The position numbers were made by a program, and so were the translations under genes. Shown here in pieces: positions 1 to 13,575 of a stretch of 64,000 bases of DNA. The DNA lies in assembly GCF_035594765.1 (NCBI RefSeq), contig NC_085841.1, positions 230,857,326-230,921,325 of the forward strand, read 5' to 3'. This DNA is from Anolis carolinensis. Taxonomy: Eukaryota. Every line of letters starts with the position of its first letter. The stretch's first letter is position 1. Below the pieces are notes generated by a model that did not search any database, was not told the origin of the DNA, and saw only the letters and a program-made list of their open reading frames with translations.

Positions 1-7
1 CCCTCAG

Positions 8-179
8 GTTAGACATCTTTATGGATTAACAGTATTTGAAGACTATTTATATGCAACAAACTTAGACAACTTTAGTGTGTTACAAATAAACAGATTCAAT
101 GGTTCAAATACCCAAATGCTGCTTAGATTTGAAAATGCCCAAGAAATCCATGTCTACCATAAAAGAGTCCAACCAACAG
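8..179 (+). CDS. LRP1B: LRP1B exon (~human exon 9), end of YWTD propeller 1
   Basis: cag| acceptor and |gtaagc donor; 172 nt; reads [57 protein letters not shown]. Confidence 0.93.
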
Positions 180-599
180 GTAAGCCTTTCATTGTAGCCT
201 TTCACTATGTTACTATTGATTGTAGAAAGAGATTCCAACCTTATTTTAATATAGCCCACAAACTGTATATCCTACCATGCCTAATTATCTTGATTTTTCA
301 TTTATATTGATCCCATTGACTTTTAACTGGGAGGAAAGGGTAATTCCATGTCTGATATGTCTTCCACTAATTCAAACTGCGGTAGGAGGGGAGAAAGTAG
401 TACAGGATATGCATTTGATCATGTGCTAAACTTTTTAAACAATGATCAAGGTTACATATAAGGGCTTATAGTTCCTCAAAGTATATTGCCTTTCTATATT
501 TAATGCTGCCACCACAAATACTTTGTCAGAATCCAAGTTCTCAAAATGATAGTGAGGCCAAAAGGACATAAAAACAAAAAATAAACTATATTTATTGAA

Positions 600-1770
600 A
601 TCAACTGGGAATTGCTGAGTGCTAGAGGAAGCAGTTACTTTGTCATTAAAACAAGGCAGAGTTCCAGCCTGCGTGAAGGAGGCTGTTAAAATCCATACCT
701 GGATCCCAGCATTCTGCATAAATGTGAGCCAGTTTCTAACATTCCATTTTTAGTCTGGAGCATGTGGCAGCCTTTCAGATTAAAGTGTTTCTGGATTAAA
801 TGGATTGTCTAGATTCATTTCAATTTGGTGTCAGACCTGGTTCCTGAGCAGAGACAGCTTTGGTCACCTTGTTAGATGGCACACAGAAGGAACTAGACAG
901 GGGGAGTGTGTCCCTGATGGTTCTGTTGGATATCTTGGAAGCTTTTGATACCATCAACATAGTATCCTGTGTCACATTATTTGGATAGGACATGTGGGCA
1001 GTGTCTTACAGTGCCTTCATTCCTTCCTGGAGGGGTGAACCCAGAAGATGGTGCTTGGGGACTCCTGCTTGACACCTTCACAATTGCCCTGGGTGGTCCC
1101 CCAGAGGTACTGTATGGTCAGATGTATTATTTAACATGCAGATTAATTACTGGAAAATGTTTCATGGATTTGGGGGTTTTGGTGCCATCAGTATGTGGAT
1201 AACACCCAACTTTGTTGCTCCTTTCCACAAGCCAAGGAAGCTATTTTGGTCCTTGACCAGTAACTGTCATCAGTAATGGATTGGTTGAGGGTGAACACAT
1301 TGAAACTTAATCCAGACAAGAGATGGAAGTCCTCCCAGTCAGTTGAAAGTCAGATCAGAGATAGGGATTCAGCCAGAGCTAGATGGGGTTGTGTGTGCTC
1401 CTGGATTCAGGGCTGAGTTTGGAAGGCCAAATTTCAGTGGTGGCTAGGGATGCTTTTATATATTTAAAGGTTTTGTGCCAGCTGCATCCATTATTTAAGA
1501 AGCCAGATCTGGTCACAGTGGCACAGTGCCTTAGTTACATCCTGGTTGGATTACTATAATGCACTCTATATGGGGTTGCCTTTGAAAAATTGCTAACCGA
1601 CGACAGCTAAAACACAACTTCCTCACTGTAATGGCTCCACTGGCTGTCCATCTATTTCTGAGCACAATTAAAAGTGCTGGTTATGACCGTTAAAGACTTC
1701 CACAGTTCAAGTTCAGGTTATTTGTAGGCTGATATTCTCCCTCATGAACCAGCCTGTGCTTTAAGATTTG
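600..1770 (+). mobile_element. Degenerate L2 LINE ORF2 (RT) fragment
   Basis: Decayed ETALV..LDRGSVSLMVLLD..AFDTI, LKLNPDK and HWL motifs with frameshifts; ends approximate. Confidence 0.8.
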
Positions 1771-2239
1771 TTGGGTTAAATGCTACATATTATGCTCCAG
1801 GGGGTTCGCACTATAATCCATACTATTAATACACCCAAACACAGTGAAAGGTCTGCCCATGTGTGTTTAGAATACTAGAAACATAGCAGCAGTTTTTGCA
1901 GATGGGAAACTCATGGAAATATTGCTGGCTTACAGTGGCAATATGATATTTCTTGGCAAATTAATGCTTAGCAGAGTAGTAAACATAATCTCCAGAACAG
2001 CTGCCCAACTGGTGACTTCAGTATTGCTAATTTATATGAATATCAAGCCCATTTCCTTACGAAATTGTGAGAATTAACATAAAAATGTTCATCCTATTCC
2101 CCCATGCAAGTTTATTCCAATGAGAATGAGTTCCACATATGCAACTAACATAGCTGTGCATGAACATTAGCCCAGATTAACCTACTTGGGTTTGTTGTTT
2201 ATTGTGAATAGGAGAGATTGGCCCAACAGTGATTCTAGA

Positions 2240-2516
2240 CAGGGTCAAAGCCAGAAAACAAAATGGGTGTGTGTGTGTGTGTGTGAAACTTGTTTAAAGC
2301 AAACCATGAAGAGTAGTTCCATAACACAAAATAATTTGGAAATCAGGCTCCATCGGTACACTTCAGTGGACACTCAAGACAGATAAACTTCAGTGGACAC
2401 TCATGGGGATTTGGTTAACCAGTTAAAATTCATGAGTAAACCAGCATTTTTCTAAAACCTGAAATCATTCAGGGGGGAGGTGAACCCCTACCCCCCCTCC
2501 TCCAGCTACAGCCCTG
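2240..2516 (+). mobile_element. Non-autonomous hAT element
   Basis: Ends cagggtcaaagcc / gctacagccctg; perfect 8-bp TSD attctaga (2232-2239, 2517-2524); related copy at 41051. Confidence 0.85.
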
Positions 2517-2720
2517 ATTCTAGATATTGAGTTTTACTAAAGTTAGATTACAAGCATTTTCATTTTATGATTTTTTTTTTGTTGCGAACATATGTATCCG
2601 TTGAGACCTAAACTGCATTCTGTTTGGTCTCCAAGAACTCATGTAAACCTCCTAACATCTTGTATCTAGTCTGTTTAGTTAATACGAGGCCAGTTCTAAA
2701 ACCCAGTTTAGGGGGCACAT

Positions 2721-2788
2721 TATCATATCATATCATATCATATCATATCATATCATATCATATCATATCATATCATATCATATCATAT
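2721..2788. repeat. (TATCA)n pentanucleotide microsatellite
   Basis: About 13 perfect units, read directly. Confidence 0.95.
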
Positions 2789-3510
2789 GACGCCTCATGA
2801 TAATACAAATTAATCTGGAATGAACCTGAAAATCCAGATTTATTCCAGATTAAAGTAACACTTCCAAAGATCTGGACCTTTCTATAAGGTCTACATCTTT
2901 GGAGGTGTGGGGTCTGTGGAGACTACTGCTGAGATCACCTGCCATGAACTGAAACAACTCACAGAGGAGGGATTGAAGTGCCATCCTCCCCTCTCCCCTT
3001 TCCTGGCTATAAAGGATTAAAAGTGATGGCTTAGAGTGTGGAGGCTTCTGAGGGCTTTGTTTTCCTTCTAAATCTGTCATTTGGAGGGAAAACAAAGCTC
3101 TTAGAAGCCTCCATGCTTGGTAAGCCACTTCTTTAACCCTTTACAGCTAGGATGGATGGATGGTTACTGAATTGGCCTTGAAGGAGCTGGTGGTGGCAAC
3201 AGCTGACAGGGAGCTCTGGCATGGGATGGTATATAAGGTCACGAAGAGTTGGAAGTGACTGAACGAATAAACAACAACAACAAGCTAGGGAAGGGGATGT
3301 GGGAGGGTAGGGGGCTGGTAGCCATACATTCCTATGCCACTGCCAGTTAGGTATGGAAGGGAATGTGGTCACTCCCTTGCCAAAGAAGTGAAGTTTTGGT
3401 CCCCTGAGTGGGCACCAAATGTGTAGGGAGCTGGAGTTTTAAACTGTTGTTGTTACTGCTACTAGAGGTGGCATATGAGCTCCTGACCATAATTGGTGAA
3501 CCATGCTGAC

Positions 3511-3559
<49 letters not shown>
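3511..3559. repeat. (TAA)n microsatellite at the 5' junction of the R4/Dong element
   Basis: About 16 units, read directly. Confidence 0.95.
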
Positions 3560-3560
<1 letters not shown>

Positions 3561-5117
3561 CTCTGTCAACAATCTTACAAAAAACAAACCTTTGGTATCA
3601 AATATCTAAGAAATCTCACAAAATTTCACATCTGATGACCTAAAGCTGTATGGGAAAACTGAAACTGAAATTGTGTCTCTGACTAACACTGTCCGAATCT
3701 TTAGCACTGATATCAACTTGGAGTTTGGTTTGGAAAAATGTTCGACAGTGGCACTGAAGAAGGGAAAAATCATTGAAAGTGAGGGCATAAATATGCCTAT
3801 TGGCCAAACGATAAAGTGTCACCAGCCATATCTGGGTATACTGTAGCTGGACATTAAACATGAACATGTAAAAACTGTGGTCAGCAAAGAATACACTCAA
3901 AGGATCAGAAAAAAATCTCAAAAGCAAACTCAGTGGAGGCAACACCATCAAGGCCACCTGGGCCATACCTGTCATAAGATATACTGCTGGCATTATAAAT
4001 TGGACGCGGGTGGAACTGGACAATTTGGACAGAAAAACAAGAAAACTCATGACCATTCATCATTCACTTCATCCTCACAGTGATTTTGACCAGCTATATC
4101 TGCCTAGAAGATGTGGTGGTAGAGGACTTTAAAAAGTAAAACAAGCAGTCAAGGAAGAAGAACATGCCTTGGCAGAATATGTAAAGGAAAGTGAAGAACC
4201 TGTTTTGATTGAAGTCAAAAATCAGAAACTCCTCAAAGCACAGCCGACAATAAATCAGTACAAGAAAACTGCACTACAAACTAGAGCTGACAGCTGGCAC
4301 AACAAAACATTGCATGGAAAGTTCCTTGACAAAACTGAAGGAAAAGCTGATAAGGAGAAGACCTGGCTATGGCTCACGAATGGGACAATGAAGAAGGAGA
4401 CAGAAGGCCTGATTCTTGCAGCCGAGGAGCAAGCAATCAGGACAAATGCAATTAAGGCCAAGATTAAAAAATCATCCAGTGACCCAAAATGCAGACTGTG
4501 CAAGGAGGCTGACAAAACTATTGATCATATCCTCAGCTGCTGTAAGAAAATCACCCAGACAGACTACAGAGGCACAACTATATGGCCCAAATGATTCATT
4601 GGAACTTATGCCACAAGTACCACCTCCCAGCAGTGAAGAACCGATGGGATCACAAACCTGCAAAGGTAATGGAAAATGAACATGCAAAATACTGTAGGAT
4701 TTCCGAATTCAGACTGACAATGTTTTGGAACACAACACGCCAGACTTCACAGTTGGGGAAAAGAAAAAAGTTTGGATTATTGATGTCGCCATACCAGGTG
4801 ACAGTCGAATTGATGAAAAGCAACAGGAAAAACTCAGCCGTTATCAGGACCTCAAGATCGAACTGCAAAGGCTCTGGCATAAGCCAGTACAGGTGGTCAT
4901 GGTGGTAATCGGCACGCTGGATGCCATGCCAAAAGAATAAACATTGACAAAATTATGATCTGCTAACTGCAAAAGGCCACCTTACTTGGATCTGCACGCA
5001 TCATCTGATAATACATCACACAGTCCAAAACACTTGGGAAGTGTTCGACTTGTGATTTTGTAATATGAAATCCAGCATATATATCTTGTTTGCTGTGTCA
5101 TACTATGTCTTTGTGTC
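3560..5117 (+). mobile_element. 5'-truncated R4/Dong-clade non-LTR retrotransposon (RT end, CCHC finger, restriction-like endonuclease), frameshifted
   Basis: DDLKLYGK; CRLCKEADKTIDHILSCC; TPDFTV..WIIDVAIPGDSRIDEKQQEKLSRYQDL (PD..D..K RLE motif); (TAA)-like repeats on both flanks. Confidence 0.85.
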
Positions 5118-5400
5118 AATAACAACAACAACTTTATTTTTGTATCCCGCCTTCATCTCCCCGTAGGAACTCAGGGCTGCTCACATGGGGACAAGCTCAA
5201 CAACAACATAGGTTAAAAACACAGAGCCATAAATTAAAACATTGTAACAATATAAAACAACATAAAACACATCAACAGAATTTAAAACCTGGACATAATA
5301 GTAACTGAATATTCAGAGGGTAAAATTGTGAAGAACTCTGAATAGGGTTCCTGGGTAGTAGAAGGGCGATCAGGGATAAGGGTGGAGGAAAGGTCTCAAT
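5118..5400 (-). mobile_element. L2 3' end with (TTA/TTG)n tail
   Basis: Reverse complement of the L2 terminal motif gagcagccctgagttcc...aggcgggatacaaaaataaagttgttgtt; distal end approximate. Confidence 0.65.
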
Positions 5401-6461
5401 AAAACAGTCAAAACCTAAAAAGGAGAGGAACAGTGATAAAGTGCTGTAAGAATTGTAAACAGGCTGAGTATCTAGCGGGGCATAGCAGAGGTGCTTTCTT
5501 TTCTCTGCACTTATAAATACACAAGGGAAAGGACATGGTGGCAGTGGTCTTCATGGACCGTGGACCAGTCCAAATTAGATCCAGTTCTGGGGTCCAGATG
5601 CCATTTAGTCACGGGATTGTTCTGGAGTTTTAAGCAAACTCCTGAGCACCCCACCTTAACATGGGATTAACCTTGTTTAGCCCATGATAACTATTGGAAG
5701 TTGCAGAATGTCACTGGGACAGCACAGTCAGTAGAAATTACTGAGCCCATGCAGACAAGCACACCATACACACACGCGCACACACACAATGAGATTGCAA
5801 TAACAGGAAAGTAGACCAAATAAACAAGAACGCTCAATATTTTTTCTTGTCAACAGACTCTCTTTACTCAACTTTGCTATGTTTACTCTAACATGTCATC
5901 TGAAAATGACATAGAACATCTCTGCATTGTATTCTTGTGATCCCTGTGGGAAAACAGTCTGAAAAGAACAAGCAAATAAGTGCTATTAAGGTTTCTTTTT
6001 CCAAAAAGAGAAACAATACTGAAACTTTTGTACCCATGATAATAGAGAGTTCTGTCACAAACAATTGCTGTGTCCTAGCAACAATGACAATGCAGACACC
6101 ATGCAATAAGGTCTTTTCATAATTGCATACCAATTAGATATAAGGCAGAGCTCAGTAAAAGTGGCAGTACTAAGCAAAGAATTTCTCAGAACTAGCACAC
6201 TGGCATATATGGATGAATGAATAATAATAATTCACAATAGGAGCTTTTAATAGGCAGTGCACTCTCTTCTCCTCAAAGAGCATAGTTCCTAATTTTCATA
6301 TACACTCATTCCTTTACTTTCTCCTATATCTAACCATAGAAATCACATGAGACTGGTACTGAAATATATAATACATATTGTTTGGGGTCTGCATGTTGTT
6401 TTTCTTGTATTGAGAACCCTTAAACTCTGCTTGTCCGTGGATGTGGGTGCTCAAGATATGT

Positions 6462-7214
6462 GGTGCATTACATTGCAAAATTAATGCAGTTTGACACCAC
6501 TTTAACTGCCATTGCTCAGTGCTGTGGAATCATATGATAGAATCATAGAGTTGGAAGACACCTCATGGGCCATCCAGTCCAATCCCCTGCCAAGGAGCAG
6601 GAAATTGCATTCAAAACACCCCTGACAGATGGCCATCCAGCCTCTGCTTAAAAGCCTCCAAAGAAGGAGCCTACACCACACTCCAGGGCAGAGAGTTCCA
6701 CTGCTGAACAGCTCTCACAGTGATGAAGTTCTTCCTAATGTTCAGGTGGAGTCTCCTTTCCACCAGGCCCTTGATCATTTTAGTCACCTTCCTCTGGACA
6801 CATTCCATCTTGACAACATCTCCCTTAAACTGTGGTACTCAGAATTGGACACAGTATTCCAGGTGTGGTCAGACCAAGGCAGAATAGAGGGGTACCATGA
6901 CTTCCTTGGATCTAGACACTATATTTCTATTTATGCAGGCCAAAATCCCATTGGCGTTTTTTGCCGCCGCATCACATTGTCCACGAGGACTCCAATATCT
7001 TTTTCATATGTACTGCTGTTGAGCCAGGCATTTCCCATACTGTATCTTTGCATTTCATTTTTTTTCTTGCTTAAGTCATTTTGTAAGGTCTTTAGCCTTC
7101 TCTGGCAAAGAGTACTGGTGCCTCACCAAATTACAAATCCTAGGATTTCATAGCATTGAGCCCTGGAAAGTTAAAATGATGCCAAACTGCATTAATTCTA
7201 CAGTGTAGATGTAC
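6462..7214. mobile_element. Palindromic PIF/Harbinger-type MITE split by a CR1
   Basis: Arms attaatgcagtttgacaccactttaactgcc (from ~6480) and gttaaaatgatgccaaactgcattaattctacagtgtagatg (7171-7211). Confidence 0.75.
6537..7076 (-). mobile_element. CR1 LINE 3' fragment with internal deletions
   Basis: Reverse complement of the CR1 3' UTR and ORF2 end seen at 22433 and 51229. Confidence 0.9.
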
Positions 7215-7331
7215 TGGCAGTAGTGTTCAGGCTTGTCCTTTTGCCTCCGCTCTCTCCATACAGGTATACGTGACAGCCTTACTTTTTGCAAGATGTCTAA
7301 CCTGCTGTTTTGTGTTTCTTCTATGTTTCAG

Positions 7332-7475
7332 TCAGAAGCCATGCCTGTGACCCAGACCCATATGGGATGCCAGGGGGATGCTCACACATCTGTTTGCTCA
7401 GCACCAGCTACAAAAGCAGGACTTGTCGCTGCAAGATGGGCTTCATCCTGGGGAGTGATGGCAGGTCATGCAAAA
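7332..7475 (+). CDS. LRP1B: LRP1B exon (~10), EGF repeat
   Basis: tttcag| and |gtacgt; 144 nt; (V)[47 protein letters not shown]. Confidence 0.95.
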
Positions 7476-8409
7476 GTACGTGGTTTAAAGTCAGACACTT
7501 TGCCAGCAACTAATATTTCAGAGTGGGATTCTGGGTGTTAATTAACAGCAGTAGCAACTGCAACAGCAGCAGCACTATCCTCATCTGTCAGCTGGTGAAG
7601 TGTGCTTGGCAATGTGCCCCTACTTGCCATTTTTATTTCTTTTTATAGTCTGTTTGGCAGGAGCTTGGCCCTGAAGAAATAGAGGTGAATAGTTTACAGT
7701 TGTGGCAGAACAATATGAAGGGGAAAAAACCCTTTTTGAAATCTTCTACTATCTTTTGTTATCCTTCTCTTACGATACACTGCCGTGATGGTCTTTGTCT
7801 TAATTCCCCAAAATCCTTCCAAGCTGTCTTAAGGGCTCTCAGACACCATTCATTTATGACCTTATAGTGTCCAATACTTCTGAGTTCTTGGTTTGTGCTA
7901 ATATCTTTTCCATCTGTTTAAAGTACGGTGGATTTGATCCGGCAAAACTGTAGAAAGCTCTTTCAGCCCTTTTGAATTCTGGGCCAAAGTCAATTGAAGC
8001 TCTGCCTTCCTTATTTTGCTAATTGAAAAGCTTCAGGTAATTTATAGAAATACTTTCTTTTCTGAAATGCTTTGATATTGACTGTGGCATAGTACTTACA
8101 TTTTGTTTTGTTTTTACTTTAAAAACATTTATTTCCTTCCTTTCATTAGTGAGCTTCAAGGCATTTCATATAAATGGAATTTAGAAGAAACAAATAAAAA
8201 TAAAACGTATACAAACATGCTCAAAGAGCCATTCAGAGCAGCCAGTTTTATAGCTACACTGTTAATTTAACTCAAAGGCTTTTTTAAATATGCAAGATTT
8301 GGCTGCTTAAATTTTAAATGGCCAGCAGCAGAGATTTTTACACAGCCTTAAAAATTGAAGTGGAAAATGTTCTATTTCATATCACCAAGAAGGTAATCAG
8401 AACAACTTT

Positions 8410-8551
8410 GGACCCCATATGTACTGCCAGTTTCTGAAACCAGATTATCTGCTTTAAACTGGATTATATGACAGTGTAGACTCTTATAATCCAGGTTGAA
8501 GCAGATAATCTGGATTCAGACACCGGATTATATGGCATCATAGATCCAGTC
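8410..8551. mobile_element. Palindromic Harbinger-type MITE
   Basis: ccagattatctgctttaaactggattata paired with tataatccaggttgaagcagataatctgg. Confidence 0.65.
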
Positions 8552-8877
8552 ATAGACAAAACAAATTGCTGAGCTGAATTCTATAGAAGAGGCTTGTTGT
8601 CCCAAATCACTCACAGCCATAAAAAATTTAAAAATACAGCATTTTGAACTGGAATGAGAAAGGAATTGAAGCAGTATAAAGGTCAAAATTACACTGATGC
8701 TCCTGAGTATTTTTCAGTACAAGGCTATCATGCCACCTACTTTCCTTGTTAGACCTGCTCCTGTCAGCATAAATGAGGGTTCATGAAGAGTTATTGTTTT
8801 CTGGTTTGCACACTCATACTATATTGTTGTCACCAAAGAAAGAATTGTTTCTGAAAACCTTTAGCACAAGCTTAGGT

Positions 8878-9012
8878 NNNNNNNNNNNNNNNNNNNNNNN
8901 NNNNNNNNNNNNNNNNNNNNNNNNNNNNNNNNNNNNNNNNNNNNNNNNNNNNNNNNNNNNNNNNNNNNNNNNNNNNNNNNNNNNNNNNNNNNNNNNNNNN
9001 NNNNNNNNNNNN
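8878..9012. other. Assembly gap (135 N)
   Basis: Run of N. Confidence 1.
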
Positions 9013-9169
9013 ATTAAACACGAAAGGACTAACATTCTTCAGTATACCAATTATTCAGCTAAGTAATTATTATGTTAGTAACTCTAACCTCACAATCTAT
9101 CCGAAATAACAAGTGTTGACCAAGGGTGCATCTGCACTCATTCTGAACTCTTCCTAATATGTTTTAATA

Positions 9170-9303
9170 CAGTGTTTCTCAAACAGTGCTCCTACGTGTG
9201 CTTTGGACTTCAGTTCCCAGAAATCCCAGCTGGTTTACCAGCTGTTAGGAATTGTGGGAGCTGAAGTCCAAAACTCCTGGAGGAGTACAGTTTGAGAAAC
9301 CAT
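9170..9303. mobile_element. ~135-bp palindromic hAT MITE
   Basis: cagtgtttctcaaac...gtttgagaaac termini; core shared with 19028, 26668 and 62473. Confidence 0.75.
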
Positions 9304-9325
9304 CTATATCTGTAATAACACAAAC

Positions 9326-9420
9326 ATTGAGTATCCCTTGTTTGTAAGGTTTGGAACCATGAGTGTTTGGAATTTTGGACTAACTGGATATCTTGAAACT
9401 GGGACCCAAATCTAAACATT
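9326..9420 (+). mobile_element. Tigger/MER46-like Tc1-mariner fragment
   Basis: gagtatccctt...gatatcttgaaactgggacccaaatctaaac; related to the 58686 element. Confidence 0.5.
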
Positions 9421-9534
9421 GATGACCAACCATGAAATAATGAAAATAGACACAAAAAATGGATTGAAATAAAGGCCACTTTATTTAGAGCCTATATATT
9501 TGTTTGAGCTGTAAGGTGTAGCAGGGGGAGGGGG

Positions 9535-9947
9535 GACCTGATTTGTTTGTAAATTGAATTTGTATGCAAGTTGGAATAGGTACATTTTTAAGCCAAATAT
9601 ATCAGCTTTGAGTAGCACAGGGAAGGATAAACACCCCTGTGATGCTTGTTTTGCTCTCTGTGCCCCTATTCAGAAGATTTCATTTCACTTTCTGTCCCTT
9701 TGATAATTGAATATTGAAAAATTTGGCTTGTTGTGGAAGCAAGGGTTGATAAAAAAAAGCTTTAGTGGAGACATCTTTTCGCCATGATAGCTCTTTTAGG
9801 AGCGGATTTCTCTTCGGGGTTGAGAAGGGCGGTATATAAATGCCACAAATAAATAAATAAATTTCTCTCACTTGTTGTCTCACCCCCGTTCTTAATATGA
9901 GTCATTTGTAAGTTGGATGTTTGTAACTTCTTGGGGACTGTTTATGT
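9535..9947 (-). mobile_element. Tc1/mariner MITE containing a short L2 tail (9815-9862)
   Basis: Right end is the reverse complement of 42836-42970 (cagtccccaagttacaaacatc..gactcata..aagaacggg.gtgagacaac). Confidence 0.75.
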
Positions 9948-10561
9948 ATTCTTCCTCTATCTATTATTGGCACCATCTATAAAGTTATATGTTCACATTA
10001 TATTAGAGGTCTTTAAAAAAAGGTGTTCTAGAGAAATAAAGTTCATTCCACTGCCAAAATTGGCTACATTTAATAAACAATTCTGTGTTACATTTTCTTA
10101 TGCTCACAGAATACATCATTTGCACATATTCAAAAAGGTGAAAGACAATCTCTAGGTTTATATTGTTTTTCTCTAGACTTTAGTTTTAAAAGAACCTGGA
10201 AAATTATTGTAAATTTCCTAAAGTTCACACTATTACTAAAGTAAATGGCAGTTACTGGATCCTAATGAATTGTAAAATGACATCAAGAAAGTCTATTTTA
10301 CATCGGCGATAATGTTATCCTATGATCTATTGGATTTGTGAAACATGTATTGTTACAAGAAAGACATTGATTAATTATATATAACTCAGTCACAGAAGTA
10401 ATTTGTGTTTTAATTAAGATAATGCAATTAACCAGTCATCTGGAGTTTAGATACTTTCAGAATATTTGAGAGCTTAATTTTAGGTATTGAGGATTTTTTT
10501 AAAACAATACTAATTGCACCAGTTAATTAAACAGTGACAGCTTTCAGTGTAAAGAAATTAG

Positions 10562-10888
<327 letters not shown>

Positions 10889-11989
10889 TGACTGGGCACT
10901 TGGTACTGCTTAGTTTTGTTTCTGTATTTCAAATCCCTTAAAAAGTGTTACTTCAATGACTTTGTATTTGGGGTGGGGGACGGGTGGGGGTCTTTTATTT
11001 TTTATTGTTTCAAAAATTAAAATGTTATTGTTCCACAATTAGTTACGAAAATACAGTTGCAAAGTATATTTTAGCATCAGCATGATTTATTTTTCTTAGG
11101 GTTTAGGATATGCCACATGCCTAAAATATTATGAGAAACTTTTATCAAGAAATTAAAGGGTATTTCTGTATGTCCATACGCTTTCTTCCATTCGTACCTG
11201 GAAGGAGCCTGTTGCTCTCTTTTCTGACAATTGCTCATGTAGTATGCCAAAGTTTTAAATCTACCATTATTTTTTAAAAACATTCCTTTCATTTCTGTGC
11301 TTTCATCTTGCTGTTTCTCTTTTTGCTCAATCTCAAATCAAAGGGCATACTGGATTACCTTTGAAATACTTTTTTGTAAAAAGAAATGAAAAACAACAAT
11401 AATTCATATATGTTAGCATTCTCTTGCATGTCTGCATTGCTTGCTAAGTTCTCCTCAATTCACTTTATGTAATCTGAAAGTGTCTGAATAACATGAACTA
11501 CATGAAATAATGATGAGCAATAGGTGGCTGAGGGGTAAAATTATAGATTAATAGCCCATGATTTATGAATCACACATTTTTCCTCTTTATTCTGAAAACT
11601 ATTACCAAATACTTGTTCAAAAGATATACGTGTTTGGTCTCTACATAGAATTGTACAAAACAGAAGAAAGGTTGGCTACATTAATATTTTTACTAATAAA
11701 TAAATAATTTTTACCATCAAATCCTATTGTTATTCCCCAAAACAGTTATTCAACTAATTCAATAGGACTTGTGCACTAACTTTGCAAGTGCTCATGGAAT
11801 ACTCTGTTTGAACTAACCAAATTAGACCACTGTGTTCAAGGAAGTCAAATGTCATATGAAGACATATCCTTGCCTTTTTGGAGATTTTAGTTTTGTAGCT
11901 AGGAGGCTGGGATCAGAGCACCACTTTTCCCCACAAAGTCCTTCCAGGGAGTGAGGAAATATATTCAGACATTCTATAGATAACATAAA

Positions 11990-12640
11990 TAAGAAAGGAA
12001 TATAATTCTAAACTGTATCACTCCAGGGAATGGATAGGGAGCATCATTTAGAAAACTACTAAAGTGCACTCTATGTGGGGCTTCACTTGAAGACTGCTCA
12101 GAGACTACAAGAGACAGGAGAAAGATTGCTAACTGCAATAGCATTAGTATATACTTACCACATAACCTCAGTCTTAAAGGAATTGCTATGGCAGCCAATA
12201 TGCTTCCAGTCTCAGCAAGAAGCTGATGATGATACTCAGTCCAATCAAAACATTAAACAATAACAGAGAGGGATAGTAAAAAGTATGACAGACCACCAAA
12301 CATCTTTCAGATCACACCAATCAAAAGCTGAAACCCTTTTCAAATAAAAATGTCTTTGCTTCCCAGATAAACAGGGAGGAGACCAAGTAAGCCACTCTTA
12401 AATAGGTGCTCCATAGCCAAGGAATAACCACTGTGAAGATTCTCTCCCATGTCCTCACCAAATGTGTCTTTGACAGAAGTGGGATCGAGAGAAAGCCCAC
12501 ACTTGACAACTGTAACATTTGAGCATCCCACATAGAGAGAAACAGGTTTTCAGATAATCTGAACCTAAACTGGGACTTTTTAGGTCATAAGCACCACATT
12601 GAATTAGTAGCCAGTGATTTTTTTTTCCACCAGGGAGCAA
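11990..12640. mobile_element. Two old L2 fragments in opposite orientation (+ ~11990-12240; - ~12250-12640)
   Basis: HITSVLKELLWQPICF on +; HWLL..YLK and RTWERIFTVVIPWLWS on -. Confidence 0.6.
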
Positions 12641-12958
12641 TGCTTTGCAGAAATGATTCAAAATTCTTAATTTTAACTTTTAATACAAAATTAAGATTTT
12701 TGGATCTGTAAAATACAGGTAATAAATTCATCAGGGTGTATTTGGGTTACTAAAACTTTCCTCTCTTTAGTCATTATGTGCACCAAAGACAAGATTTGGC
12801 TTGGATTAGTTTTCAGTTCCTTGGAAAGAAGTTTGTTTTTTGTCATGCCAGTTCAGGGATCAGTGACTTTGAATTGATTTAAGTCCATGGCCTCATTTGT
12901 CCCTTTTGGTATAATAGTTCAAGGACTATAACTCTTTACAAAATGTTGAATTCAATAA

Positions 12959-13575
12959 GGGCCCTTCTACACTGATAGTCAGTGCAAGACCAATTCGGTA
13001 TTTGGGACCCCAAATTGTCCCCAGATGTTGTTTTGACAGGGACTCCTTCAGCTGCCTCACAGTGGCAAAGAGTCCCTAATGCCAAGCCATGCTGAACATA
13101 ATTCAGTAGTGCTGGGCAGCCACGCTAGGAGTCTCCCCTCCTCCCACACATACAAACATAAACACAATCTACCTAGTCTTCATCATTGTAGCTGACATCT
13201 GAAAGTCACAGCTCACAAGAACAAGGTGGGTAGGGTTTCATGGCTGGGGACAGCCATGACATGGGGGGGGGGTGAAAGGAGTCTGCCATCCCATGTTCCC
13301 AGGTCACTTGAGCCCAGGAATGCAATATGGCAGTCAATATAGCTGTGGCACATTCTGGTTAGAAATTACCACAGCTGTCTTGACAGCTCCTATGTTGTGT
13401 AGGAACCCGAATTCTAGGTCAGGAATTAGGCTTTCCCCCGACTTAGTTTAACCTGAGGCAAGACCATGTTATGGCAGCCTTGCCCTGGATTAAGCCGGAT
13501 CAGCCCCATGATATTCTCACTGTGGAGTTGATCCGATTACACCCCAACCTATGTGTTGTCAATGTGGAAGAGCCC
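12959..13575. mobile_element. Harbinger-type non-autonomous element
   Basis: TIRs gggcccttctacactga / tcaatgtggaagagccc; preceded by taa. Confidence 0.6.

Noticed and set aside
8878-9012. Missing exon in the N gap
   Set aside because: Exons 10 and 11 join in frame with continuous LRP1B sequence
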